DNA from: Squalus acanthias
Lineage: Eukaryota
Direction of reading: 5' to 3'
Length of the DNA stretch: 64,000 nt
NCBI GenBank assembly: GCA_030390025.1
Contig: CM059431.1
Coordinates: 118,918,001-118,982,000 of the forward strand
The notes under the pieces are model-generated. The model worked only from the letters and a program-made list of their open reading frames with translations, did no database searches and was not told the DNA's origin. Of the stretch, positions 23,687-37,649 are shown one piece after another (position 1 is the first letter of the stretch; the number at the start of each line of letters is the position of its first letter). Both the position numbers and the translations under genes were made by a program.

Positions 23687-24039
23687 TTGCGTTCTTATGG
23701 TGTGATTCAGTGCAAGCTTGTATAGGGTGAGTTAGTGAGTGAGTAGCGGGAGAAGACACAACAAAACAAGGATGACACTACACTCAACTTGGGGTAGGAC
23801 TTGTGCTTCACCCTCCCCGACTCCCACTGTACACTCATTACTAATAATGTTCAGTGTCCTCAAAAGCTGCCAGAGAGCAGAAATTTTGGGCATTTCTCAT
23901 TTCCACATTTGCTCCCAGTTGTTGTAAGCCAACTTGTCTTATTAGCAAATGAGCACAGAGAAATGTTCAAACTTTCAAGAACATGTATGTGACACCCAAG
24001 TGCAGAAGCAGATGACAGACCTTAAGAAATTTGCCACTG

Positions 24040-24635
24040 TAAGAGTATTGAATGCCTTCGTTACCTCAAGACCCAACTATTCCAATGGTCTCCTGGCTGG
24101 CCTCCAACCTTGCACCCTCCGTAAACTTGAGCTCATCCAAAACTCTGCTGCCTATATCCTAACTCGCATCAAGTCCCGTTTACCCATCACCCCTGTGCTC
24201 ACTGACCTACATTGGCTCTCGGTCTGGCAACGCCTCAATTTTATGATTCTCATCCTTGTTTTCAAATCCCTCCACGGCCTCGCTCCTCCCTTTCCGTGTA
24301 ACCTCCTCCAGCCCTACAACCCTCCGAGGTCTCTGCACTCCTCCAATTCTGGTGTCTTACGCATCTCCGATTTTATCCGCTCCACCATTGGTGGCTGTAC
24401 CTTTAGCTGACTAGGCCCTAAGCTCTGGAATTCCATCCCTAAACCTTTCTGCCTTTCTTCCTCTCTTTCCTCCCTGAAGACACTCCTTAAAATCAACCTC
24501 TTTGACCAAGCATTTGGTCACGTGTCCGAATATCTCCTTTTGTGGCTTGGTGTCAAATTTTGTTTGATAATGCTCCTGTAAAGCGCCTGGAGATGTTTTG
24601 CTAAGTTAAAGATGCTATATAAATGCAAGTTGTAT
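24040..24635 (+). mobile_element. L2-type LINE 3' fragment
   Basis: AFVTSRPNYSNGLLAG...LELIQNSAA...PITPVLTDLHWL; tail gctatataaatgcaagttg. Confidence 0.85.
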
Positions 24636-24810
24636 TTGTTAGCACATACTTGGTAGTTGGCCCAAGTATGCAATGCTATAGTGTTGTCTGTCAACCTGTT
24701 ACACATTTACTACTGCCATGTATGAAGCACTCATGAAGACAACCGTATAGTTATTTCATTGCATACCAAGTGCAAGCTACAGCAAGTGAAACATTCCAGA
24801 TGAAACTCAA

Positions 24811-27800
24811 GGACTAATAATCCAGAGGCCTGGACTAATGATCCAGAGACATGAGTTAAAATCCCAACACGGCAGCTGGGGAATTTAAATTCAGTTAATT
24901 AAATAAATCTGGACTAAAAAGCTACTATCAATAATGGCGATCATGAAACTATCGGATTGTCGTAAAAACCCATCTGGTTCACGAATGTCCTTTAGGGAAA
25001 TAAATCTGCCATTCTTACTTGGTCTGGCCTATACGTGACTCCAGACCTACAGCAATGTGATTGACTCGTAACTGCTCTCTGAAATGGCCTAGCAAGCCAC
25101 ACAGTTGCACCAAACTGCTATGACACAGTATAATGAGGATAAAACAGGATGGACCACCCAGCATCGACCTAGGCACTGGATTTGGGCACCACAAAGGCAC
25201 ACCCAGCACAGTCAACCCTGCAAAGTCGTCCTCACAAACATCTGGGGAATTGTGCCAAAATTGAGAGAGCTGTCCCAGAAACTAGTCAAGCAACAGCCTG
25301 ACATAATCATACTCACAGAATCATACCTTTCAGCCAACGTCCCAGAGTCTTCTATCACCATCCCTGGGTAAGTCCTTTCCTACCGGTAGGACAGACCCAC
25401 CAGAGGTGGCACCACAGTGGTATACGGTCGAGAGGGAGTGGCCCTGGGAGTCCTCAGCAATGACTCTTTAACCCATGAAGTCTCATGGCATCAGATTAAA
25501 CATGGACAGGGAAACCTCCTGCTGATTACCACCTTCCGCCCTCCCTCAGGTGATGAATCAGTACTCCTCCATGTTGAACACCACTTGGAAGAAACACTGA
25601 GGGTAGCAAGGGCACAGAATGTACTTTGGGTGGGGGACTTCAATGTCCATCAGTAAGAGTGGCTCGGTAGCACCACTACTGACCGAGCTGGCCGAGTCCT
25701 GAAGGATATAGCTGCCAGACTGGGCCTGCGACAGGTGGTGAGAGAACCAACACAAAGGAGAAACCTAATTGACCTTGTCCTCACCAATCTACCTGTCGCA
25801 GACGCAACTGTCCATGACATTATTGGTAGGAGTGAGCACCGCACAGTCCTTGAAGAGATGATGTCACGTCTTCACACTGAGGACACCCGCCATTGTGTTG
25901 TGTGGCACTGCCACCGTGCTAAATGAGATAGATTTAGAACAGATATAGCAGCTCAAAACTGAACATCCATGAGACATTGTGGGCCAGCAGCAGCAGCAGA
26001 ATTGTATTCCACCACAATCTGCAACCTCATGTCCCAGCATATGCCTCACTCTACCATTACCATCAAGCCAGGGGAACAACATTGGTTCAATAAGGAGTGT
26101 AGAAGAGCATGCTAGGAACAGCAGCAGACATACCTAAAAATGAGGTGCCAACCTGGTGAAGCTACAACATAGGACTACATGCATGCTAAACAAAAGAAGC
26201 AGCAAGCTATAGACAGAGCTACGCGATCCCACAACCAACGGATGAGGTGAAAGCTCTGCAGTCTTGCCACATCCAGTCCTGAATGGTGGTGGGCAATGAA
26301 ACAACTACCGGGAGGAGGAGGCTCCATGAACATCCCCATCCTCAATGATGGTGGAGCCCAGCACATGAGTGCAAAAGGCAAGGCTGAAGCGTTTGCAACG
26401 AACTTCAGCCAAAGGTGCCAAGTGGATGATCCTTCTCGGCCTCCTCCTGAGGTACCCACTATCACAGAAGCCAGTCTTCAGCCAATTCGATTCACTCCAC
26501 GTGATATCAAAAAACGGCTGAGCTCACTGGATACAGCAAAGGATATGGGCCCCGACAACATCCCGGCTATAGTGCTGAAGACTTGTGCTCAAGAACTAGC
26601 CGCGCCTCTAGCCAAGCTATTCCAGTAGAGCTACAACACTGGCATCTATCTGACAATGTGGAAAACTGCCCAGGTATGTCCTGTCCACAAAAAGCAGGAC
26701 AAATCCAATCCGGCCAATTACCGCTCCATCAGTCTACTTTCAATCATCAGCAAAGTGATGGAAGGTGTCATCGACAGTGCTATCAAGCAGCACTTACTCA
26801 CCAATAACCTGCTCAGTGATGCCCAGTTTGGGTTCCGCCAAGACCACTCGGCTCCCAACCGCATTACAGCCTTGGTCCAAACATGGACAAAGGAGCTGAA
26901 TTCCAGAGGTGAGGTGAGAGTGACTGCCCTTGACATCAAGGCAGCATTTCACCGAGTGTGGCATGAAGCAGCCCTAGTAAAACTGAAGTCAATGGGAATT
27001 GGGGGAAAACTCTCCACTGGCTGGAGTTATACCTAGTACAAAGGAAGATGGTTGTGATGATTGAAGGTCAATCATCACAGCCTCAGGACATTGCTGCAGG
27101 TGTTCCTAAGGTCAGTGTCCTAGGCTCAACCATCTTCAGCTGTTTCATCAATGATCTTCCCTCCATATAATGTCAGAAATGGGGATGTTCGCTGATGACT
27201 GCACAGTGTTCAGTGCCATTCACAGCTCCTCAAATAATGAAGCAGTCCATGCCCGCATGCAACAATACCTGAACAACGTTCAGGCTTGGGCTGATAAGTG
27301 GCAGGTAACATTCGCGCCACACAAGTGCCAGGCAATGAGTATCTCCAACAAGCGAGAGTAGAACCACCGCCCCTTGACATTCAATGGCATTACCATCGCC
27401 GAATCCCCCACCATCAACATCCTGGGGGTCACCATTGACTAGAAACTTAACTGGACCAGCCACATAAATAATGTGGCAACAAGACCAGGTCAGAGGCTAG
27501 GTATTCTGCGGCGAGTGTCTCAACTCCTGATTCCCCAAAGCCTTTCCACCATCTACAAGGCACAAGTAAGGAGTGTGATGGAATAGTCTCCACTTGCCTG
27601 GATGAGTGCAGCTCCAACAACACTCAAGAAGCTCGACACCATCCAGGACAAAGCAGCCCACTTGATTGGCATCCCATCTACCACCTTAAACATTCACTCC
27701 CTCCACCACCGGCATACCGTGGCTGCAGTGTGTACCATCTTCGGCAGCACCTCCCAAACCCGCGACTTCTTCCACCTAGAAGGACAAGGACAGCAGACGC

Positions 27801-28058
27801 ATGGGAACACTACCACCTCCAAGTTCCCCGCCAAGTCACAAACCATCCTGACTTAGAAGTATATCGCCGATCCTTCATCGTCGCTGGGTCAAAATCCTGG
27901 AACTCCCCACCTAACAGCACTGTGGGATTACCTTCACCACATGGACTGCAGCAGTTCAAGAAAGCGGCTCACCACCACCTTCTCAAGGGCAATTAGGGAT
28001 GGGCAATAAATGCTGGCCTTGCTAGCGACACCCACATTCCATAAATGAATTAAAAAAA
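24811..28058 (+). mobile_element. CR1-group LINE with SINE-like 5' region, APE+RT ORF2 and no ORF1
   Basis: B-box-like gagttaaaatccc (24853), ~290-bp non-coding head, then TNIWG...PDIIILTES...VGDFN (APE), NYRSISLL...QFGFR...FADD (RT), 3' UTR and A-tail. Confidence 0.85.
25215..27996 (+). pseudogene. Endonuclease-reverse transcriptase (ORF2), multiple stops and frameshifts
   Basis: ORF-track fragments 25105-27996 carry collinear APE and RT motifs. Confidence 0.9.
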
Positions 28059-28221
28059 CTCCCTCACATACCCACTGGTCTGCCTGGAAACATACCTGAG
28101 GGCAGCAATAGGTTCAATGAAGCCTTGTGTTGTAGATCTCTCCACCCAATCTGCCAACATGCGAGAGTTCAGTTGTTACAACACCATTAACTCTGATGTT
28201 CGTATACTACCGATCACCCAT

Positions 28222-30804
28222 CAGAGCAATAGTGAGAAATGATATTGGCTCAGAAAATAAAGATGTAGAATCAGTCTGGGTGGAGCTAAGAAGCACTAAG
28301 GGGCAGAATACATTGGTGGGAGTTGCCTATAGGCCTCCAAACAGTAGTGGTAATGTAGGGGATGGCATCAAACAGGAAATTAGAGATGCATGTAACAAGG
28401 GTACTACAGTAATCATGGGTGACTTTAATCTACATATAAACTGGCCAAACCAAATTAGCAATAATACTGTGGAGGATGAATTCCTGGAGTGTGTACGAGA
28501 TGGTTTTTTAGACCAGCATGTTGAGGAGCCAACTAGGGAACAGGCTATCCTAGATTGGTATTGTGCAATGAGAAGGGGTGAATTAGTAATCTTGTTGTGC
28601 GGAGTCCTTTAGGGAAGAGTAACCATAACATGATAGAATTCTTCATTAAGATGGAAAGTGAAGAAGTCCAATCTGAAATTAGGGTCCTAAATCTAAACAA
28701 AGGAAACTACGAAGGTATGAGGACTAAGTTGGCTATGATAAATTGGGGAGCTTCATTAAAAGGCATGATGGTGGATAGGCAATGGCTAACATTTAAGGAA
28801 CAAATGCATGAATTGCAACAGTTATACATTCCTTTCTGGCGCAAAAACACAAAAGGAAAAGCGGCCCAACCATGGCTAACAAAAGAAATTAAGGATAGTA
28901 TTAGATCCAAAGAGGAGTCATATAAAGTTGCCAGAAAAAGTAGCAAGCCTGAGGATTGGGAGCAGTTTAGAGTTCAACAAAAAAGGACCAAGAGATTGAT
29001 TAAGAGAGGAAAAATAGAGTATGAGAGTAAACTTGCAAGGAACATAAAAGCAGATTGTAAAAGCTTCTACAAGTATGTAAAAAGAAAAAGATTAGTGAAG
29101 ACAAATGTAGGTCCCTTACAGTCAGAAATGGGAGAATTTATAATGGGGAACAAGGAAATGGCAAAGCAATTAAACAAATACTTTGGTTCTGTCTTCACGG
29201 AAGAGGACACAAATAACTTCCCAGAAATGCTAGGGAACCAAGGGTCTAGTCAGAAGGAAGAATTAAAGGAAATTAGTATTAGTAAAAAAATAGTGCTGGA
29301 GAAATTAATGGGACTGAAAGCCAATAAATCCCCAGGGCCTGATACTCTGCATCCCAGAGTACTAAAAGAGGTAGCCATGCATTGGTTGTCACCTTCCAAA
29401 ATTCTATAGATTATGGAACAGTTCCTGCAGATTGGAGGGTGGCAAATGTAACCCCACTATTTAAAAAAGGAGGGAGAGAGAAAACAGGGAACTACAGACC
29501 GGTTAGCCTAACATCAGTAGTAGGGAAAATGCTAAAGTCTATTATAAAGGATGTGATAACAGGACACTTAGAAAATATCAATGGGATTAGACAAAGTCAA
29601 CATGGATTTATGAAAGGGAAATCATGTTTGACAAACCTACTGGAGTTTTTTGAGGATGTAACTGGTAGAATAGACAAGGGAGAACCAGGGGACATGGTGT
29701 ATTTGGACTTTAAGAAGGCCTTTGATAAAGTCCCACATAAGAGGTTAGTGTGCAAAATTAAAGCACATGGGATTGGGGGTAATATACTGGCATGGATTGA
29801 AAATTGGTTAACAGACAGGAAACAGAGAGTAGGAATAAATGGGTCTTTTTCGGGGTGGCAGGCGGTGACTAGTGGGGTACCGCAGGGATCAGTGCTTGGG
29901 CTCCAGCTATTCACAATATATATCAATGATTTGGATGAGGGAACCAAATGTAATATTTCCAAGTTTGCTGACGACACAAAACTAGGTGGGATTGTGAGTT
30001 GTGAGGAGGATACAAAGAGGCTTCAAGGCGATTTAGACAAGTTGAGTGAGTGGGCAAATACATGGCAGATGCAGTATAACGTCGATAAATGTGAAGTTAT
30101 CCACTTCGGTAGGAAAAACAGAAAGGCAGAGTATTATTTAAATGATGATAGATTGGGAAATGTTGATGTACAAAGGGACCTGGGTGTCCTTGTACACCAG
30201 TCACTGAAAGCAAACATGCAGGTGCAGCAAGCAGTTAGGAAGGCAAATGGCATGTTGGTCTTCATTGCAAGAGGATTTGAGTACAGGAGTAAGGATGTCT
30301 TACTACAGTTATACAGGGCCTTGGTGAGACACACACCTGGAGTACTGTGTGCAGTTTTGGTCTCCTTACCTAAGAAAGGATGTACTTGCCATAGAGGGAG
30401 TGCAGCGAAGGTTCACCAGACTGATTCCTGGGATGGCAGGACTGTCGTATGAGGAGAGATTGGGTCGACTAGGCCTGTATTCACTAGAGTTTAGAAGAAT
30501 GAGAGGGGATCTCGTGGAAGCGTATAAAATTCTGACAGGGCTAGACAGACTGGATGCAGGGAGGATGTTTCCTCTGGCTGGGGGGTCTAGAACGAGGGGT
30601 CACAGTCTCAGGATATGGGGCAGGACATTTAGGACTGAGATGAGGAGAAATTTCTTCACTCAGAGGGTGGTGAACCTGCAGAATTCTTTACCACAGAAGG
30701 CTGTGGAGGCCAAGTCACTGAATATATTTAAGAAGGAGATAGATAGATTTCTACACACAAAAGGCATCAAGGGGTATGGGGAGAGAGCGGGAATATGGTA
30801 TTGA
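28222..30804 (+). pseudogene. CR1 ORF2 endonuclease-reverse transcriptase
   Basis: VAYRPP, MGDFN, NYRPVSLTS, QHGF, DFKKAFDKV, GVPQGSVLG, KFADDTKL across ORFs 28196-28612, 28597-29409, 29382-30452, 30349-30804. Confidence 0.93.
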
Positions 30805-30902
30805 GATAGAGGACCATATTGAATGGCGAAGCAGGCTCGAAGGGCCGAATGGCCAACTGCTGCTCCTACTTTTCTATGTTTCTATGTTTCTATGTTTCTA
30901 TG
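28222..30902 (+). mobile_element. CR1 (HER1-like) LINE, 5'-truncated, relatively young
   Basis: Candidate 6-bp TSD acccat (28216-21/30903-08); (tttctatg)n tail; ORF2 broken by three frameshifts. Confidence 0.9.
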
Positions 30903-31429
30903 ACCCATGTGCTTTTTAAAGGCTGCTAAAAAAAAGTTCTAAAATTTTATATTTTGTGGAGTCAAGGAGCAGGAGTGCTCCTCCTGGTTGAGTGGAGAAT
31001 GGCTGCAGAGTAACGTGGCCATCGGTTTCTGTGCTGTTGTAAACGTTAAAAGAAAATTTAGAATTTTCAAAAAACGGCACCAACTGCATCAGCTTTTGAT
31101 CCTATTAAAATTTAAATACATCCTCCATTGCCATAGAAACATTGGACACCAGCGTCATTTATATACCATTGGAAGACAGCCACCCACATATAGGTAAACA
31201 TTTTGTATGTCCCCAGTCACTTCCGGCGGGAAGTCCTGGAGGTGGCAGGGTGCTGACAAAACAAGTCCAGGGAGATTTTCTGCCAAATTCCACCAGCGAT
31301 ATGCCCAGAACCCAGCCACATTTGAGCAAAAAATCTAGGCCTGAGTGTCAGTGGACTATTTTATCATGGATGGAAGCACAGCAAGCGGAATCCCATCCAA
31401 ACCTTTAACATTTAACTGGAACTACCAGC

Positions 31430-31595
31430 TGAAGTCACTGGATGGTGCCCCCCTCCTTTTGTCAGCATAGATATTAAGGTCAATCATAGTACCCACCCTA
31501 GCTGAGATCCTAACTGGCGATCAAGCATTAGATTTGCTTGGTCTGCATAACGCCGTTCCCTTTTGGACTGTGCATTCACCAACTTAGCCATCAAG
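31430..31595 (-). mobile_element. Ancient tRNA-SINE-like remnant
   Basis: On -: tggctaagttgg A-box-like start, gatctcagctagggtgg core; very degenerate. Confidence 0.35.
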
Positions 31596-31764
31596 GAAAC
31601 AATGATCACCTGATTTTATAAGAATATCATGAAGTACAGAGAACATTAAAGTTGTAGCAATTTTTCTCTGAACTATTCCATCGTGCATCTTCCTAATGAT
31701 AGACAGCTGAATCCCATTTTAAAGTGTCAAATGCTCACTTAATCAAATACTGGCCGAAAAATTA

Positions 31765-32215
31765 TAGAATCATACAATCTTACAGCACAGAAGGAGGCCA
31801 TTCAGCCCATTGTGCCTGTGCCGGCTCTTTGACAGAGCTATCCAATTAGTCCCACTCCTCTGCTCTTTCCCCATAGCCCTGTAATTCTCTCCTCGTCAAC
31901 TATTTATCCAATTCCCTTTTGAAATTTATTATTGAATCTGCTTCCCCCACTCTTTCAGGCAGTGCATTCCAGACCATAACAACTCACTGCATAAAAAAAA
32001 TTCTGCTTATCTCATTTCTTGTTCTTTTGCCAATTACCATAAATCTATGTCCTCTGGTTACCGACCCTTCAGCCAGTGGAAATAGTTTATCCTTATTTAG
32101 TCTATCAAAACACCTTATGATTTTGAACACCTCCAGCAAATCTCCCCTTCACCTTCTCCGTTCTAAGGAGAACAATCACAGTTTCTCTGGTTTTTCCATG
32201 TAACTGAAGTCCCTG
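31765..32215 (-). mobile_element. CR1 3' fragment
   Basis: On -: LERRRGRGDLLEVFKI...RDKLFPL...WNALPERV; atagaatcata tail. Confidence 0.85.
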
Positions 32216-33399
32216 ATTACGCTGAGTAATATCAGCATATGGATGTTTAATACATTCATATGTAATTAGTTTGTCCGTTACTTTAATTGAGGCATTAAGC
32301 TGCTTATTTTATTTTAAATGTCAATGCTCATATCACTATGCATATTTTCTAGTCTATTGAGTTGAATGCAGTGAATCGCTATATTGTTCTTTAGAATCCA
32401 AGGATTTTCTACAGGAGTGACAACCAGCTCTTAAGGCCATTGCTGCTGCTCCCTGTTGATAAATAAATAACAATGTAAAGCCAGCTGCTAGCCTAGAACA
32501 GTTCATATATCAACGACTTACCCTTAGCTCCACGACCACTGATTGTGTCATTACCAAAAAAAAAAGATAACGCGTAATAATCTACTACATGCAAATTTTA
32601 GCATAGCCCAGAGAGCTTAACAATGACATTCATGATTTGGTGCTTTACATCACAAAACACCTGCATATTGAAGGAGTGAAGCTATTTATGATTCCAATAA
32701 ACAGCTTTAGTGACAGCAGGGAAAGGTAGCACAAAGTGTACACACTCTATTGCTCCCAAGACATTTGGGATGCCAACTATGTGATCAAATTTTAGCTTAA
32801 TTTGCTGTTGCAGCTGTGTAGTCAGTGGGAATTTAATGTATCTCCAGTTCTTTGACTACAGTAGCCTTGGTTTATACATTTGTACGTAAAAGATTGGCAG
32901 ATTTCAGCCTTGTCTTCTGATTAAGTTTGAAATGTATCAGATACAAAAAAGTGATAGAAGTGATCAATCACTTTAACAGCCTCCCTAAACACATGGCCTT
33001 TTTTTTACTGTAGCACTTTAAAAATCAAAATGGCATTAAAAGAAAGATTTTTCATAGATGTCAGTCATGTGGAATCTTCAGACCGATGGGGTAATGTAAT
33101 TGTAAATAGATTTGAGACAGTTTCTGCATGCTGTTATCTCTGAGCCACATTTTCAGGCCATCAGAGCTTAAACTATCCAATTAGCAGAGTTGTCGCCAAG
33201 CATATGAACGAACAGGAAAGTAATGACTCAGTAATATGGCAGCCAGGGTCCCATTTTTGCAGAGTAGGAGGTAAAGGCAGCAGTGAAATAAAGGATGGAG
33301 CTAAGTGCATATGGGGTGAATTCACATAACAATAGATTCAGGAAGAAGGCCTGCAGAAGACTGCTCAGTGTTGTGCGAAGGGAGCAGAGATAACACTAG

Positions 33400-34060
33400 G
33401 CATTTCCTGGAGACCACCAGGCCAAAGCAAATAGGACAAAGTGCTCTATGAAGAAATAAGGAAGTCATGATTGCATTAATGAGGGATTGTAGCTAACCTA
33501 GTATAAACTGCGAATACCCAAAAGGTCTAGAATATGAGCCAATAAATGTAGCGCATGAGGACCTTCCAGCACAGTGCATTAGGGATACCAAAAGGGGTGA
33601 CTCAGGACAATGAGGAAAGCACTTAAAAACCATCTGGCGTGAAGTATTCAAAATAACTTTGGTTTAGGTCAACCAAAGTACCTTGAAGAACGTACGACTG
33701 AGCATGCAGGATAAGTACATACCAAGGACTGTTATATGACACAAAATGAATTGACAGGAGAATACAAAGTGAAATAAGGAAGGACAATACTAAAGAAAAT
33801 CATAAGGAATATAGAATGGAGGTGGAAACGGACCCTAGAAGGGTGAAAAGGAAATATGCCAAAAAGCCAGCAGGTAATATGAAAAAAGTAATAAGGACTT
33901 GTATAAGCATATACAAAGCAAAGGAATAGTTAAAAAGGGGTTAGGACCACTCACGGATGAAGGATTAAATTATGAAGGATGAAGGTATAGCAGAGATATT
34001 AAATAAATACTGTAAAGCAGGCGAAGGAGTGAAGATTATTTTAAAAGAGGGTGTAAATGC
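33400..34060 (+). mobile_element. Highly decayed CR1 ORF2 fragment
   Basis: NNKDLYKHIQSKGIVKKGLGPL...AEILNKY-like linker motifs. Confidence 0.5.
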
Positions 34061-34067
34061 TAAGATA

Positions 34068-34189
34068 AGGGTCATCGACCTGAAACGTTAACTCTGTTTC
34101 TCTCTACACAGATGCTGCCTGACCTGCTGAGTATTTCCAGCATTTTCTGTTTTGATTTCCAGCATCCGCAGTATTTTGCTCTTGTGTTA
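34068..34189 (+). mobile_element. Penelope-like terminal fragment (hammerhead truncated in stem II)
   Basis: agggtcatcgacctgaaacgttaac...; 9-bp direct repeat gtgtaaatg at 34051 and 34190. Confidence 0.75.
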
Positions 34190-34829
34190 GTGTAAATGAA
34201 AAGAAGCATTTTCTTGGGTAAAACAGAGATTTTAGTCATTCACATTTTCTATTTTCTGTATCACTATAATGTTTTTTTAACTCAAAAGTCTGTTTTTAAC
34301 ACCAGTGGTTAAAAACACCAACTGAGCCAATTATCAAGGGCTGGTCTAATCAGCATAGGCAGATTGTCACCCACAGGAAAAGCCAAAACTGCTCCTGAGA
34401 TGTTCTGACTGTGGGAAAGGGTCTGAAAATGTTCCGATCGGCTGAACTTGTGAGAAGCAGTCAGAAGCAACTTCAGGTCTCTGCGGAGTAAAATGCAACA
34501 AAATAGCATGTTCGAAAAACATTTCCAACCTGCAAGAAATCACTGTATAAATTTCCCAGCCTCTTCGAGCTCTCAAACTCCTCACTTCTGCCTTGATCAG
34601 CTGATCTTGACAGCTGCTGTGCCTCATGAAGCTCAGTCTGCTACCTAGAGTGCAATAGCTGTGTTACACCAGCAAATGGGCAGCTGCTGCACCACCGGCT
34701 CGCACTCTGATATATGCAAATCAGGTCAGTGAGGACTCAAGGGGCAGATCGTGGGAAGGTTCAAAAAGTGTAAGGAAACAACTACAACAACTACTTGCAT
34801 TTATATTGCACCTTTAATGTAGTAAAACA

Positions 34830-35965
34830 GGGTTTGAGGAAAACCTTTTTTACGCAGCGAGTGGTGAGGACCTGGAACTCGCTGCCGATGAAAGTGGTGG
34901 AAGCGGACACACTCAGGGGGAGAAATTCAGTATCGCCCCATTTGGGGCGCAATTATCGGCCGGGCGCAAAGATTAGCGCCTGGCGCTAATTATCGCCTCC
35001 GACTGCAAACTTGGTTTTTATCGCCCCTGGAGGTGATTGGAGCGCTAAATCAGGCGCTTCACAACTGTCTTAAGGCGCAAAGGCCGAGGAGTGAGGCGCT
35101 ACCTCAGAGCGCTGGCGAAGCTCATGTGATGTCAGCCAGCAATGGAACACAGATACACTGGCGCCGGCCAGTTCTTAAAGGGGAGGGTTGATCTTGCTCT
35201 CCATCCACATCCTGCTCATTGCAGCCTTGAATCTTGGCCTGGAGAGACCTGTGCATCAAATCTGCTGGAAAGAACAATGGAGAGGTCCAGGGAAAGAGCT
35301 CAGAGTGCAGCCCCCACAGTCTCTTCTAAATCGATACAAGGAAGGGCAAATCAAAATGTACCTGCAAAGTGCTGCTCAGTACCCAAAACTCCTTCACACA
35401 GCGTTGAATCTCTCCAGAAGTCTCTCTCTCGCTCTCTCAGAATGCGTGGTGCAAAAATGTCACCAACAAAAAAAGGCAGGAAGCGGTCGTCTTTAAATAG
35501 CACTCCCCCAGTCCCTTCCTGACTGCAAAACTCTGCCCTCAACCTGTCATTGCTAGCGGCAGGCGGTAAGGCAGGGGGCGCCACTCAATATCCGGTCCGG
35601 GGCGCTACTGGGGCGTTGCGCACTCGACTAACGTCACAATCTGCTGGCGCAGGAGATCGTGGCGGTAGTGTTTAGCGCTGCCGCAAAATGTCTAGTCAAT
35701 TTCGTGAGTGGCGCAAACATTGCCGCGCACGGGCGCTAGTTGCTTTGCGCCCCATTAGCGCCCTCTTAAGGTGCTAACGGGAGGCGCAAACCAACTGAAT
35801 TTTTGCCCCTCAATGCTTTCATGGGAAGACTGGACTTGAGGGAAATAAACTTGCAGGGCTACGGGGTTAGAGCGGGGGAATGGGACTGACTGGATTGCTC
35901 CACAGAGAGCTGGCACGGACTCGATGGGCTGAATGGACTCCTTCTGTGCCGTTTGACTCTATGAC
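34830..35965 (+). mobile_element. CR1 3' fragment split by a TIR element
   Basis: RKTFFTQRVVRTWNSLP...EADT|LNAF..., then CR1 3' UTR. Confidence 0.75.
34916..35809 (+). mobile_element. Non-autonomous Harbinger-like element
   Basis: 15-bp imperfect TIRs gggggagaaattcag / ctgaatttttgcccc, TSD TCA; keeps a Myb-like start MERSRERAQ at ~35277. Confidence 0.85.
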
Positions 35966-35967
35966 TA

Positions 35968-36620
35968 AAACATCCCAAGGCGCTTCACAGGAGCATTATC
36001 AAACTAAACTTGACACCGAGCGCATAAAGACAGATGACAAATAGCTTGGCCAAAGATGTAGGTTTTAAGGAGTATTTAAAGGAGGAAAGAGAGGTAGAGA
36101 GGCGGAGAGATTTAGGGAGGGAATTTCAGAGCTTAGGGCCTACGCAGCTGAAGGCACGGCTGCCAATGGTGGAGCGATTAACATCAGGGAGGCGCAAGAG
36201 GCCAGAATTAGAGGAGCGCAGAGATCTCGGGGGTTGCAGGGCTGGAGGAGGATACAGAGATTGGGAGGGACGAGGCCATGGAGGAATTTGAAAAAAAGCA
36301 TGAGAATTATAAAATCAAGGCGTTACTGGATTGGGAGCCAATGTAGGTCAGTGAGCATAGGGGTGATGGGTGAATGGAACGTAATGATGAGTTAAGATAC
36401 AGGTAGCAGAGTTTTGGATAAATTCAAGTTTATGGAGAGTGGAAGATGGGAGGCCAGCCAGGAGAGTGCAGGAATAGTCAAGTCTAGAGGTAACAAAGGC
36501 ATGGATGAGGGTTTCAGCAGCAGATGAGTTGAGGCAGGGGCGGAGACGGGGATGTTACAGAGTGGAAGTAGGCGGTCTTGGTGATGGAGTGGACATGTGG
36601 TCAAAAGCTCATCTCGGAAA
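35968..36620 (-). mobile_element. L2-type LINE 3' fragment
   Basis: Reverse complement of the 24040 and 44375 L2 sequences. Confidence 0.8.
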
Positions 36621-37125
36621 CGCTGGAGAAGTGTTTTAAAAGTGGTGGGAATGACTTCCACCTAAATATCCTGCAGCATCTATACACTGCTAATGCGCTG
36701 GATATGGCAAGGAAATTCATATAGAAAATAACATAACAAGCCCTTTAAAAATTACACAAGTTTGAAAAAAAGAATCACTTGACTTACCCATAAAATCAGT
36801 TATATAACTATAGAAATGCTCCCACATAGGCATGCCTCGCTGTCTGGAACTTGGGCCTTGAATTAAAAAGTTGAGGTGGGTTGTCATGGATATCCAGCTG
36901 CTGTTGACAGATTCTCTGTGTTGAGAGAGATGTATCATGGGAAATGTAGTATTCACCCTGTCAAACTACAGCGCTACTGTGAAAAAACAGGCAGAAAATT
37001 TATGAGTAATGACTGTGAGACACCAATGATAGAAAAAAAAGGAAAGATTTTATTTTTGCAATGTTTTCGATACTTTAAGTGTTTAAATAAAAGTTTTGAG
37101 TTAACACTGTTAGGGATGGGGGTAG

Positions 37126-37298
37126 GGGGGACTTTACCCTAACCTGCCCCGCTGGAAATTGACAGAATCGGATTGGTCGCCTGTTTTACACCTCGCGCAA
37201 TTTTACTTTTTATTGAAGTCAAATCAGGTGGGGTGTCAAACAGGCGGCTGATCTCATCCCATTAGTTTCCGCCAGGCAGGTTATGGTAAAAATTACCC
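37126..37298. mobile_element. Fold-back MITE
   Basis: tttacc(c)taacctgcc...cgcctgttt pairs with aaacaggcg...ggcaggttatggtaaa; whole element is one imperfect hairpin. Confidence 0.7.
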
Positions 37299-37649
37299 AA
37301 AGGTGTTTTTTTCCTTGCTAGGGGAAATCAATATTGTGTAAGGGCAAGAATGCCAATGAGCAATGTGACTAGAAATTCAAAAAACAGACATTTATACATT
37401 CTTTAATTCAAGATTAACATGCCTGCTACTTCAGTGAGAGGTCCTGGCCTCAAGCCCAACTATCTCCACAGCAGACTCTTTTGACACATGTATTAGCAGA
37501 TTCAGAAACAGGAATTGTCCTCAATGGTACTAGAACAGTTTAACATGACACAATGAAGCAGATTTAAATTAGTATAGGCCAGACCTCATAGCGTGCTGAA
37601 ATGAATCTTAATACGTACAATCAAGAACAACACTCTCATGGTTCATTAT

